A stretch of 64,000 nucleotides of DNA from Utricularia gibba (taxonomy: Eukaryota; Plantae; Magnoliophyta). The position numbers were made by a program, and so were the translations under genes. Positions 25,480 through 38,915 of this stretch are shown here, one piece after another. The stretch spans positions 2,418,001 to 2,482,000 of the forward strand of contig NEEC01000004.1 in the NCBI GenBank assembly GCA_002189035.1, in the 5' to 3' direction. The notes below the pieces were generated by a model. It did not search any database. It was given only the letters and a program-made list of their open reading frames with translations, and was not told the DNA's origin. The first letter of the stretch is position 1. Each line of letters begins with the position of its first letter.

Positions 25480-26880
25480 TTATCGAGTTCAGATTTTCCA
25501 ACAAACTCTCCCTTGAAGTCAGCATCATTCACAAGTCCAAGTTTGCTCCTCAATATTGCAAACATACCAACTTAGAGGGGCTTAGTTCACATATCACCTA
25601 TCTGCAGTTCTGTTGGATAGTATTAAACATGTTTTTGCTGATCATGGAGTAATTCTCTTATAACACTTGATGGAAATGTGCTTGAAACACAAGATCTTTA
25701 ATCATGGCAATTGCACTTGAAAAATCACAATGCAATTTAGTCGCCATAATCTACTTCATACCCAAATCTTCTAGCAATTTTTCCAACCATAGTTTGCTGT
25801 TAATGAAACAACAATGTATTCAGCTTATGCCATAGATTGGGAGATCAATCTTTGTTTTTTTGAACTACAACTGGTCATTAAAGTTCCAATGTGGAGAGTA
25901 TAACCACTTGAACTCTTGTAATCAACATCACCTACAAAGTTTGAATCTACATAACCTTCAAGTTGATGAGTTGTATTTGTTATAACAGAGTAGGCCATAA
26001 TATGTAGTGCTAGCAACATAGCAAATAACTGTTTAATACAAGTGATCAAATTTGTTGTTGGTTGATGCATGCACTATGAGATAAAATCAATAGTTTGTGC
26101 TAAGCCCAGTTTTGTATAAGTTAAAAACATGAGATACTTGATCATTGCCTTGATAAGTATACTGTTAATATTGGGATTGGTTTGAGTTACAAGATTAGTG
26201 GTTTTAGCACCCACTAGGATTTGTGTGTAGAAGCTCTAGTGTCAAAGACCCATTTAGTAGAACCTACAGTAACATCCAAATGAAGAGCTTGAAAGGATTG
26301 GGAAAAAGCCACCATCGATGAGCCATTGGGAAGATACCATCACATTTTGGTGATATGTCCAAATGTATCACAAATTTGAAAAATTTCATTTTCGTACAAC
26401 TTACATTCCTTAAGTGTCATATGATGTTTCCTTGGTGGTGGACAGTGAGCTCGGTAAGGTTATTAATGAATTTGTGGGCTGTTGAGCTTGAAACCCACTA
26501 CCAACATATGAAAAAGAGATGCTGCAAGTGTTTTTGGATTGGTTTTTTGTCAATTAGCTTGATAGGAGGATGGGATGAGGGAGAATGATGAGAAAATTTG
26601 TGTTGAGCTCATAAATGTGAAGTTGGGGAATTAATTTAGAGTATGTGGGTCTTGAGAGAATAATTAGTATCGATTGTACACAACAACTAGATGATTGTGT
26701 TTCACTCGTAAGATGGCCGACAAGGTTTTGAATTTCATCCAAAGACAAGACCTATTCTTGCCAAAGAAGATAATTGGTGGAACTGAGCTTGATGGTAGCC
26801 ATGAGATCTATGAGTGTGGGAAGTTAGTGGTAGGTGTGAGGATCAAAAAAAGTTACTCTCATGAGATAACTCTGATACCA
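25480..26880 (-). mobile_element. Internally deleted Ty1/copia (PBS-gag-protease joined to RNaseH)
   Basis: Canonical tRNA-iMet PBS TGGTATCAGAG at 26880-26870. Decayed zinc knuckle QICDTFGHIT near 26370 and protease WVFDTRAS near 26250. RNaseH LEGYVDSNFVGDVDYKSSSGY...SCSSKKQ in ORF 25825-26070. Confidence 0.75.
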
Positions 26881-27789
26881 TGAATCATTGTAAATGATGG
26901 AAGAAAATCCTATTCAATCTTTAGGAAGATTTATATTACTAGTTTGTAAATAGACTATTTAAAGAGATTCTAATGAATGAAAAAGGAATTTAAACTCAAT
27001 CTTTGTACGAGAGATCATCTCCCAGCAAAAACTCTAGATTTCTTTGATTTAATTCATTGACTCCTGCTTGATTGCAATTGTTTATTCAAGGTTACAATAG
27101 CATATGGGCTAGGCAATCACCTTATAGTGAGAAGCTATGATATTAGAATTCGACCCAAAGGCCTCTAGGCCGAATCTCATTTAAGGGTACGGGATTCTAG
27201 TATGGATTTGCACACTTCCTGTATCTCATTATATTAATATTTATAATAAAAATTGTGATTGTTTTCACAGTTCATGCCATCGTTCTCATGAACCCACACT
27301 TAAAGAAAACCTTAGAACTACAATCATTTCCCTCTAATCGGTAAGAAAGATTTGTCCTTTTTCTTATTCTTCGATTCCTCTTTGCTTAGATTTCACCATG
27401 AATTTTTCTTTTAGTCATTTGATGTATTTTGCATCCTACTCTCAATCTCAATTCTCAACTATTTCATTATGGGTGGCTTCTAATTTTTAATTGCAAGAAT
27501 AACTACTAGAAAATGAAACTTGCACTAGGTATATAGTTTTAGACTTGAGTGTTTGACACCAACAGCCCTTCCATATGTTTCTTTTTTATTCTTCAACTTT
27601 CAAATACTTTTCTTTCTTCTTATTCTTCGTTATGATATTTTTGTTCTATATTTGATATTGTTTGTTTGATTTGTCCCTATTGTTAGGAATTATTGATCAC
27701 TTTGGAAATTTGTCATTATTGTAAGAAAGACAATTTCAAAAGGTGGAAATAAAATATTTAGTTGCAACTATTGCAATGTAGAATTATAG

Positions 27790-29960
27790 GCTCATATTTC
27801 AGAGTTTGAGCTCTTCTAACAAAAACCACTGACCAAGGTGCTAAGATATGTTAAGCTATTACTCCAACACAACTCACTGAAGTGAAAGCATTAGAAGAAT
27901 AATCTATTCAAAAAATAGATCAAAATTGGCTTATTGCCTACTATAAGCAATAGATTAGGAGAAAGATCTCATACTCCAAGTCTAGATTATGGATCTTCAT
28001 CTCAAGTATTTTTCTCATCTACTTTAGTTGATGAAGATTGTTAATGTGAAGGAAAGAAGCACAAACTTGCAAAACAAAAGATATTAGAAGAATTATGGAA
28101 TATAAAAGATAAGAAAGAAATAGACAATAAAATTGCAAAAGATTTCTACACTAGTGGTATTCCATTCAAATTTGCATGTTGTGCTTATTTTATTAAAGCA
28201 ATGTCCTTACTTGATTTAAAAAAAACTACCTGCTAATTAATTTTTAGCATTTTTTTTACACATCTCATTGTTGTATATTTCTATTTATCATTTATAATAC
28301 ATTTTTATAATATAGGTTATTTACCACCCAATTTGATAGTTTGTTAGAAAAACATGGATAGTGAAAGGAAACACATTGAAAAGTTATTCAATCCTACAGC
28401 AAGCACATGGGATTCAAAAGGTATAAACATTGTAACTGATGGTCGAATAGATGTTGAAAGGAAGACTTTGATTAAATTTATTATTCCAAATGAATCTAGA
28501 AGCATTTTTTGGCGAGCATCCAATTGGCCATGTGAAAAGTGGACGCTCTATTGCTTTATTAATTAGGTAAGTAGTAACTGATGCTAGAGCATTAAATATC
28601 GTTCAAATAATAATGGATAATGTTGCAAATTGTAAAGCTTCAAGTCATATGATTGAAAAAGTATATCTAAAGGTAGTTTAATTTTAATTCAATTTATGTA
28701 GATTTATTTAATACATGTAGTATATTTATACCTCTAACACACTATTGTATATTTAACAATGCAGATTTTGTGAACATTGTGTATTGTTTATACATTAAAT
28801 CTTATCATGAAGGGACATTTGCTTCCACACCAGCTATATAGGCTAAAGATATTGTTGGTGAAGTATCCATAATTAAGAATTTTATTATGAATCATAAAAG
28901 AAGGTTAGTTATATTTAGAAAATACTCAAGTATATCATTTTTGAAGGTTTCCAAAACTAGATTTGCATCTCATGTGATTGTATTATCTTGATTTAAATTT
29001 CTTGTCAATTCATTGCAAAAGATGGTTGTTAGTGATAAATGGAATTCATGTGATGATGGGGAAAGGAGAAAAACTAATTTAGTTAAACAAAGAATATTAG
29101 ATCGTTATTTATGGACTTGTATTAATTATATTCTTAGAGTTTCATAGCCTATTGTGAAATATATTAGATTATGTGATATGGGTCAACCCACTCTTTATTT
29201 AATTTATGAACAACAGGATATTATGTTGATGAAGGTGAAGTAGGCTATATATTCTTTTGATAATGGTGAGGAGTACCACTTAATGTTTTGGGTTGATGTC
29301 GTAAAAATCATACATGAAAGATGTACACAAAGTCTTACTCCTTTGCATGCTATCGTTTATTGTTTGAATCCCACGTTAGCTTTCATTTTAATTTCATTGG
29401 AGTATTCCTTTCATTCATGAATCAAATGATGTTGCATATTATTTTTATAATCAATGTTTTATAGGTATGCTACTAAAGAATGGAGAGATCAACATCTAAA
29501 CTTGCTTGAGATAGAATGTGATTTGGTCCATTCAAAGTTGAAAGATGAGTTCCTCAATTGATACTTTCTTGATTCTAGGTTTTAGCAAAAGGAGAAGTGA
29601 AAGAAGAATTGACAACTTTTTTGAGGTACTCACATCAATTTGGTGAACCTGAATCTTTGGTAGATAAACTACATATGAAGCCAATATCATGGTGCTATTC
29701 TTGTGGTGTTCAAACATCACATCTTTCACATCTAGCGAAAAGAGTTTATGATTAGCCTTTTTCTTCTTCTTAAAGTGAAATGAATTGGAATATTTACTCA
29801 TTCATCCATTCAAAATGAAGAAACAAACTAACCTCAAAAAGGGTGGAAGATTTAGTTTTTGTGCATAGCAATTTTTGATTTTTTTCAAGGAAAACATCAA
29901 AGTACCAATAAGGTATTTAAAAGATGTGGGATGTTAACCATTCAAGATCTCTGATAGATA
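27790..29960 (+). pseudogene. hAT-superfamily transposase pseudogene (DUF659 plus C-terminal dimerisation domain)
   Basis: Motifs in order: IAKDFYTSGIPFKFA, GINIVTDGRIDVERKTLIKF, NIVQIIMDNVANCKA, CIVYTLNLI, TRFASH, PLHAIVYCLNP, and SEMNWNIYSFIHSK*RNKLTSKRVEDLVFVHSN. Multiple stops. No TIRs identified. Confidence 0.85.
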
Positions 29961-30829
29961 CAACTATCTTGAATTCGCCAAGCTATCTATTAATAATCCA
30001 AAATTTGAGAGTATCATATTTAGTAATGATAATGATGATGAAATTGAAGTTCTACAAGAGTTTGATGATTGATGAAAATTTCTTACTTCGTTTTGTTAAA
30101 TATCAGATTATAAGGTGTTTTGATACTTATTATTTTGATCATTGCACTTGATCCATCTTAATATTTTCTTCTAATCGTAAACTTGTTTTCTATTAGGGTG
30201 GGATATTTGTTTTTTGCATTAGATAAAGTCTCAATTTACATTTTAAAATATTAAAAATATTATGTGTAACTAGTAAAAGTGGTTTGATTATCTTGACACT
30301 TATGTAAGTTGCATTGGTTCATCAATGTCTTCATCTTAAATCACAGAATAAGCTCAATTGGTAAGATGGTCTCAAACTTTAGTCCATGGAATGAGGTATC
30401 AGTGTAAGCAAACATTGGCTTTATACAAAATGTTGAGAGTAGGGATAGTAAAAAAAGTCAAACCAATAGACATTCAATCTAGTGGGGAATTGATAGGTTT
30501 TATTGAGTTGATGTTTCATAAACTATAACTTACTTTCTATTTCGATGGTTCTTATTTGAAAAAGAAATCATAAATTTTGAAACAATTGAAACTAAAACCA
30601 AATTTTATGATTTCGGTTCGAACCATAGTTTTAATAAACTTATGAAACATTAATTGAAAAAAGAAAATTTTATTTTAAATTATAAAAAAGTATTTATTAA
30701 ATATTAATTATTCAAAATTAATAATTAGATGTGAGCAAATAGTATGAAATTCATATTAAGTTGCTTGTACATGGTAATATTTCGTTATATGAAAACATAG
30801 TAATGATTAAAAACCAATGCTTAGGATTT

Positions 30830-31140
30830 AAATTTATGTAGTTAGCTACTCTTATTTGCAAGCATTGCGAATGTTGCATGGTGATGTTTGCGATTTAATT
30901 GTACTTGGTAATATTTGTTTATTTGTAACTACAATGATAGTTGCAAATAATACTTGCGATATAAATTTATGTGATTAGAAAATTTATTTGCAAGCACTAT
31001 GAAGGTTGCATTGCGATGGTTATGATTTAAATATAGTTAGTTGGTTTCAGTTCATTACAAATACTATGATGGTTATGCTATAGTGTCACATTTTAATTTA
31101 TATGGTTGTAGTTTCTTTATTGACATGCACTATAAAGGTT
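30830..31140. repeat. Degenerate tandem repeat, period about 132 bp, about 2.5 copies
   Basis: TTATTTGCAAGCA..GAA(T/G)GTTGCA recurs at 30852 and 30984, and degenerately at 31117. Each copy is preceded by AATTTAT. Confidence 0.5.
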
Positions 31141-31959
31141 ATATACTCCAACTTGTGGATAACACAAACATATAGTTACTATTTCCACAAACCAAAACCA
31201 ACCTTATAGTTTGAAAAATGATAATTTCTTGATAACCAAAAGTAGTTTTTTTTATTTTTTTAGTGCTGACCAAAGATTAATAAACGTTTTTATTTTTTAA
31301 ATTTTCTTGAAGCTGAATAATGGCTAATGTTTCTCATATTTTTTAAATTTTTAAAGTGGATTTGAATCAGTAGTTTTAAACCATTAGTTTAGTTGGTTGG
31401 AGTTGGATTGGAACCACTGTTTCACGTTTTTTAATATACTATGTTTTTATAAAAATTACATTGTTATATTATTAAGTTGCCCAAAATTTCCTTTCTCTTT
31501 CAATTAAGAATTAGAAGAGTTAAGAAATCTTATGTCTTAAAGCTTATGTTGGGATTTGACGATAATCATTCAAGTTTTCTTATTTAGATATGCCTATTTG
31601 GGCATTACATTTTGAAGCACACCTTATCTAGGTCTTTATATATTCAGACATTACTTTGTCCTAAGGCTTCTATCTTGGTATTTCTCAATCTAGATATTAT
31701 TGCTTTGATGATTTTGCTATGTCATGATAATTATAAAAATCAAACACATTATTTGAGTAGAGTGACAAATCAAAATGTCCAAGCCACTTGCACCTACTCC
31801 TAGAAATTGTAACTTGCCAACTATTATGAAACAAAAAAATAAGTAGATTAATCCAACCCATTCTCATTGGACTGATGGTAGATTTCAAGATTTCAATTCT
31901 AAACTACTAATCACTTGATAAATCAGTGTTTATTTTAATTAGCTAGGGGTCTAGTGATG

Positions 31960-32125
31960 GTACAAAATCTCACATTGGTTACAGACAGAGGTGGGGACAT
32001 GCCTTAATAGAGAGATCTTGCTAATTTTGCTTGAGATTTTTCCCCAGAAGGGAATAACTTAAAACCATGAGGGGTGGGTTCTCAAAGTGGACAATATCGT
32101 ATAAGGTGAATATGGATCATGACAT
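31960..32125 (+). mobile_element. Possible small decayed copia/TRIM-type LTR
   Basis: The order TCTCACATTGGTT ... AAAACCATGAGG ... CAAAGTGGACAATATC resembles common short plant LTRs. No clear termini or TSD. Confidence 0.35.
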
Positions 32126-35100
32126 CAAGGTTCTTCATTATTGCATATTTATCCCTTTGTAGTTTGCACCCCTAATTCCCTCCACTTAGAAGAATTTTAC
32201 TTGATGTGCATTACTCCACAAGATGTTAGTTTTATTTAATTTGAAATGTAATTCTATTGAATAGTATTCTTGACTTGGGGCCTTAGAAACATTTTTTGTC
32301 ATGATTTGTCATATGAGCTTTGTTTTTCATTTTTGTGAATCTAATTTGTCATTGAAAATAAAGATTGCAATATTTTAACTTTTGGGTTTAGGTATACTCA
32401 TAAAGAATGAAAAATATAAAACTTTAAAGAAGATAGATAGTGAATGTATCCCATGATTCAACATCCGTACACCTTGATCATTTTGGAAGCCAACTACCTC
32501 TACAATAAAAAGAATTGATGAACTGATGAAAGTAGAGAAATCTAAACTAAAATTGTGTTGCAAGTATTGTCTAAAAGAATATGTAGTTGAATTAAAGAAA
32601 ACATAGTACAAACAACATGATTTATTATTTGAAATTTCAAAAGATAGATATTTTACATTGAAGCCATTTCAAACATTATCTCCTTTCTCTCCCTGAAATA
32701 TCTATAGGATGCCCTTCAAAAAGGAATCGATTTCAATAAAGATTTTCTCATTTTTGCCCTACATAAGAGTATTCTATTTAGATTTCAAGATGTGGAATAA
32801 TCTTCAAACAAATGCAAGATTGATAAAGGAAAATTTCTAAATCATTGTAAAAATTAAAGTTGTGTGTGAAATAAATTTTTAAGTTATATTCCGCACACTG
32901 TACAAATCAAAACAAAATACATAGTAGTTTTAAGAGTTAAACACAACAAATTGATGTTTGTGATGTTAAAGTTTTATGCATTTTGATTGTCACAAAAATA
33001 ATTATTAGTTAAAACTAACTATAATGTAATAGCAAAGATACAAAAATAAAGTTAACGATATGGAAAACTAATAAAGTTAATTTACCAATTAAAAATTTGA
33101 ATGTGGGTTCCAAGGGATGTATTGACTTGGTTTTGTATATCAAAATCTTACGGTGTTTTTTTTAACTTTAGATTATTTATATCTGTCCAAACTAACCTTT
33201 ATGAGTTTTCGACTTTAATTTTTTGAGTTTTCTTAAATTATCTTACGTTTTGGCATACCATTTTTTAAGATATAAAAGATTAGGTTTACTTGATCCTATT
33301 GATATTTACTCAAACAAGTTTAGGCATGAATCAATATCTCAATTTTTTAATCTACCTCTAAGTTGGGTTTCTTAAATTAGATGTTTTACCTTTTTTCCCT
33401 CCTATATCTATCTTAGTGTTAAAGAAAAAATACACAAACTCTCTCAAGTTTTGGTCCTTACACCACCCCAATACATACCCCCTTCTATCCTCAATTCATC
33501 ATATTAAAATCTAGTCACTCATAACATAGTCATAGATAAAAGAACATTTTTAGTTACAGTAATAACAACAAAATTATAAGTTGAAGGAAAATGTTTAAAT
33601 GAAGAAAATATTAATGGAGTCATATCCTATTCTTGCAATACTACTCCACACTATCCCTATTAGGAGTTGCGTATGCCTTGAATTGGGTTTTAGGCTCTTC
33701 GGGCTAAAACGAAATTTCCTTTCTTCTTCCTCTTCTATTTTTATTTGGATTGTCTTCTGTATAAAACTTATGTATTTAAAACTCTTTAAAATGTGTCTTT
33801 TTTCTTCATAATAATGTCCTTGGAGGTTGTGCAAAATATCGCCCTCATTTTCTCCTTCATCCTTAGCAACTTTTGTGTCATATCTTCTTTATGTTTATCT
33901 TTTTGTGTGTTATCACTTCTTTCCCCTTTAATATCCTTCTTTAGTGTCTTTTTTCAGAGCAAATCGTCCTCATATCTTGTCCGCGTATTTGCATATTGTA
34001 CCTCCACCCTATATTAGGTGCCATCTATTCTTAACATATAAATTAGACTTGATTTTTTTTCTAAGATGATGTTAGTAAACTTAGAAAAATATTAGAAAAA
34101 ATAAAGTTGATTAAATCATCTATTTAGCTCACATTGACACATAGAAATAAAAATAATATTAAAACCAATAAAATATTTAAAACACCATCTAGAACACTTG
34201 ATTTTAAATCATATTCATTTTATAATATAAAATCACTTGAGAATAGTTTGTTATCAAAGATCGCATGAAGGAGTCCCATGGTATGATAATATCTTCATGT
34301 GAAGATTTGATTATCATACATTTCATCATAACCTACAAATCTTGAAAAATTGTTTGTACAACCGAGAGGTTATTGTGTCACTATACTATCCATAGTGCAA
34401 CAAACTCTAGACCTCATCTCACAAGTTAAATAGCACAAGACTTCATATATTTTGAAGGTTTTCAAGTTATTATCCTAACCTTTAGTAATCTTAAAATATG
34501 AAAGTTTTCAGCTCACTATCCTTACCTTCATACGATACAATTTTTAAAGTTATTAAATTATTATCATGCACTTATTGGTTTGTTGAGTTAGAAGTTTTTT
34601 TGGTCACTACCCTCACATTCTTTCATTTTAGACTTTTGATTTCTCGAACAAAGCAACATCAACATTTTGAGTCTTTCAACATTTAGGACTAATCAGTGTC
34701 GAGGCTTTCATAGGATGTTGAAGACTATGAAGTCAAATGGCTTCAAACACTTTTGAAAGCCTCAATATTGAACTTTACTTGTTTGAGCCTTTTGAGTTAA
34801 GTAACATTGAGACTTCAAAGATTAATGAAGTTTGTTGGATCACAAATTGTGCCTTTATTCGGTTTGAATCTCTTGGCCTTCTATGACCAAGTAGAATAAA
34901 GGCTACCATGTAGTTTGAAGAGGTTTGAATATTTTGTCCATTTGCACTAGTGAGTATCGAGACTTTCAAAAATTAATGAAGGTTGTAGAGTCATTACTAT
35001 TGCCTTTATTTTGTTTAAATGACATATAATATTCTACAAAAAATTAAACAAGATAAATTGGGTCACACACATGATTGTAAAATAAAACATGTTTCAACAT

Positions 35101-35559
35101 GATCAAATATATCCAAATATCATTTTGAATTCATCATGCACATAGACAAGGATGGAATGGCGGATTTGTATCTCTTTAACCAATTCAATGAAGTTTATTT
35201 CTCCTTTATAAGGAGTCTTAGCACCTCAACTAGGTCAATCAAGGACTCCTCAATTAGTTTGGCCTTCCCCTTACTAGTATGGCCACTCTCCCAACCATCT
35301 CCATCTGTTCATTTCCTCTCGAAGGTTCGTTCTTTTTTAGGTGCAAGAGCATCGAGACCCTTTGTGGTGAGAAGGGTCATCGAGAATTATAACACTGCTA
35401 TTTTTGTTGTTCTTGAGTAAATGCTAGTTATCCCACTTTAGATGAGGCTCAAATGATTTTTGTTGAGTGAGATAAGTATGGGTGAGGAAATTGAATCTAC
35501 TTATCTTTGTTCCTGAACTTCATTCATTTTGCATCACATTTCAAAACTTTGAAGTTGTG

Positions 35560-35760
35560 GCATTAAATCCCCTATATAAAAGATCAGGTCTCCTTAAAGC
35601 ATTTTGGTGGAAAATTCGTCAAAAATAGGGTAAAACTAGTGAGAAGACAAGAACTTTTCATCATATTGATGACTGCCAAGATGTTGTCTACAGATTTAAA
35701 CTTGAGAACATAATCATACACGAGCTATTGAAGTGTTTCCCCTTGATGCAAGTTGATAGC
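35560..35760 (+). mobile_element. Possible Ty3/gypsy integrase remnant
   Basis: Weak resemblance only: RSGLLKAFWWKI (cf. DRDxKFLSHFWxxL) followed by QDVVYRFKLENI (cf. QTEVVNRxLxNxL). Confidence 0.3.
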
Positions 35761-36536
35761 GAACCACATAGCGTTGTTCTTTGGAGTTTTGGGTATATGT
35801 ATCACAAAAGGCCATCATGTCACAAGCAATGATGAACAATCAAGTTTCATATGGGATCATGCCTATGAGCCAACTACAAAGGTGACAATTTGAGGTTCTC
35901 TAATTGATTTGTTCCTCTATATGGGTTGGTAGTGAGATGGGCATATGACTTGGTGAGGTGGCCAAAGAAACCTGATTTTTAGCTAGCCCAATTAACATTT
36001 CCATCCAAAAGTAATAATTGGTGCTATTGAGATTGATAATAAAGAACTTCTTAAACATGTTGATGTTACTAAGGAATATGTGGATATTGGCAAAAGCAGT
36101 TAGAGGATAAGGGTCAATTAAACTAGCGAAGCAAGTTGCTCATGTTTGCAAGAGATTTTGAGAAAGTAGAGAATCAAAGTACAAAAAGATGACGTGTTTT
36201 TTTCCACACAAAATCACTACAAGAATTGCAAATAAATACAAGATAACTAATTGTTGTTATAAAGTTTAACCTTGAGATAATGCTCTCTTCTATAGTTGAA
36301 TCTTGATAAGAATGATATCAAGTACAGAGGAGGGTACACTAATTGCCTTAGTGTATATTTATCCGAATAAGATTTCCTTATATTATTGATCAATTTTATC
36401 ATTTACAAAATTGGTCATTTACAAAATTGGTCACATTGAGGTAAAAATTTTTAACTTAGGATGAATACTTTTTTCACATACTTCATCAAAGATGGCCAGA
36501 TTTGTAATATACTTCTATGTTGAATGAATTGACTGA

Positions 36537-38510
36537 CTATGTGAAAGATGGGACGAGAGATGAGGTGGTGATCAAACCCGAGAGAAGTCCCACAGCAAGC
36601 GCAGAGTTGTAGGTTGTGGGTTCCCCTTGCATGGAGTTGTTCCTCGTGTCAATATAGGTTTCGTTTAGAAAAGGTCCTCCGACCAAAGCCCCCGTTGCTA
36701 CATTCGGATTCGGGTCATCGGATTCAAGCCATTTGAACCCGTCTTTGCAACCGGGTGACTCCTCCGCCGGAATCGAGGCTCCACGGTGGTGAACGTATTC
36801 CGGGTACCTGCGGCCATAGCCAACAAGGTAGCTCATCTTCATGCCGTTTTGCCCGATAACGTAGTCTACTTGAGATCTTGCAAAGTAACGAAGATCATAT
36901 GCATGAAATTCTCGTCCGTCGCAGGTAAGCGCCCTTGTCCGAGATGTCAGCATGTAATCGCTGTATACTGTGGCCAGAAACGCCGATGCCACGGGATGCT
37001 GTATCGCATTCCATTCCGTTACCCATATCAAACCACCTTCAAAATTAGGAGAATTGTAAATCTCTCATTCAATGTTTGAAATAATTTACAATTAAAAAAA
37101 TGAAAAGTCGAAACTAAAAATCGCCTACTCTCTGTCCGGCTGGAGGTAGCGGAGGGGGACTCCGGCAAGAGGCTGCACATCAGAGCTTCTGCCGACTGCC
37201 GGTAGTTGTTTAGCTCCGGTGAGTCCTTCTTCGATCCGAAGAAGGTGATCCTAGAGAGTAATACCTGTACCCAAACAACTAATTAAGTTTTAACTGCTTT
37301 CAACGCATAACATAATTATTACATATTTGTCCAGTTGTGGTGACCTGAGCTCCGGCAAGCTTGTTATCCCAACTAAACCAGCTAGGGTTTGGGTTATCCC
37401 ATTCTCCGAACTCCTCGCCGCCTGTCCCCGTCACGAAATCGTAGTAGGGCTCTTCTCCCGTTGCGTGAAAGAGCCAAGCTGCTGCCCACAGAAGCTCGTC
37501 ACCGTATCCGGTGGAGTTGTAGTAGCTACGGACATGGGGAATGGTGACGCTGTATGATTGTCTGTACTTGTTCGCAAATGAGAACAGCTGCTTTGCATGC
37601 TTCAATAGTAGAATTGAATAGGGTGAATCACTGGCCTTGAAGACCAGAGATGATGAAGCCAGGGCCGCCGCTGTCTCGGCGGCTACCTCCGTGCCGGGGC
37701 TCGAAACGTTCACCTGTGTCAACGGCCGTTTTTCTTTCATGTCCTCCGGCCTGTTCCAACAGCCATGGTCGATCTTAGGGTCCCCCACCTGCCAAATTTC
37801 CGAGTTTGCATTACAAATAAAATCTCAAAATTGAACACTGTTGAAAGCTCATCTCTGTCTCACTCTGAAAATGGCAGATTCGTATTTCCAATCCTAGCTA
37901 CAAAATATAATAAAAAAAATTAAAGTGAAATGATGATAGTACCCATCAGAAGGAACCTGAATGTAGAGAACATTATCAGAAGGATGCGCGTTCAACAAGT
38001 AATCCGTGATCCATCTTAGGGAGATTTGCGCGGGTTGGAGTTGATCAACGGCCGCCATCTGATCGCCGTATTCGAGAATAGCCCAAGAGAGAATGGTGGC
38101 GGTGAAGGCCATCGGAAAGCCGAACTTCACATGATCTCCGGCGTCGTACATTCCCTTGGAAAGATCCAGCTTGGCCTCATTCCCATCCCTCAAACCCGAA
38201 TCCCCTCTCCACGAAATCGGGTTGCTCTCCAATTTTCCGGCTGCGATGCAAATCGGCAACTACCAATGAACGAACGGGTACTGCTTAGATACCGATAAAA
38301 AATGCGTTGTGTACATTTTTGGATGTCGAAAAACTGCATTGCGATTTTAAGGGCATCGGCGTATTTCTGGGTAATGGCGCCAGGAGCAGCTCCGTCGTCG
38401 TCGATCTGTAATTTGTGCTTCAAATATAACACACCGGCGAGGATGATTCCGGAGAGAACAACGAACAGTACGCACCAGCCGAGGCAACCTCCGCGCTTTC
38501 GCTTATCCAT
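36537..38510 (-). CDS. GH9B: Endo-1,4-beta-glucanase, glycosyl hydrolase family 9 class B with N-terminal anchor (AtGH9B5/B7-like), 519 aa
   Basis: Exons 38510-38315, 38240-37957, 37788-37345, 37264-37129 and 37036-36537 total 1560 nt in frame. Motifs: LSKGMYDAGDHVKFGFPMAFT, GYGDELLWAAAWL, FSWDNKLAGAQ, VHHRGASIP, EPTTYNSA. Confidence 0.97.
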
Positions 38511-38915
38511 GGAAATGACGGTTGCTCGTTGATTTCAGGCTCTTTAATTATACCGAGTATCGATTTATTATTATATCATAAAATTTAACTTTTCGATGTC
38601 AACGGTGAAAACTGGAAAATAATTTCGCGTATATTCGAATTTTAATTGAAGTATTACAATTAAATCCACACGAAGGTATCTAATGGAAAGAGAAAAAATA
38701 TGCCAAGTCCAGAAAATGAAATTTACACTAGTAATTTGTTGAACTGTGCACAGTGAATGATGTTTTTACTGTTTGAGGTCTTTTTCACGGCTTCGGTCGG
38801 TATGAAGGTCCGGTGGCTTGTGGGTTTACATGGCTTTGGGGGATAGAGTGTAAGCTGCACTTATTTCGCCTGTGTGTGGTCATTGTTTGTTCCAAGTGCA
38901 AGCGGGGTTGCAGAG

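Noticed and set aside
30348-30420. tRNA or SINE suggested by A-box-like AGCTCAATTGGTAAG
   Set aside because: No B-box (GTTCRA) at a suitable distance and no cloverleaf pairing.
36399-36433. Perfect 16-bp tandem duplication just downstream of GH9B
   Set aside because: An ordinary slippage duplication with no sign of function.
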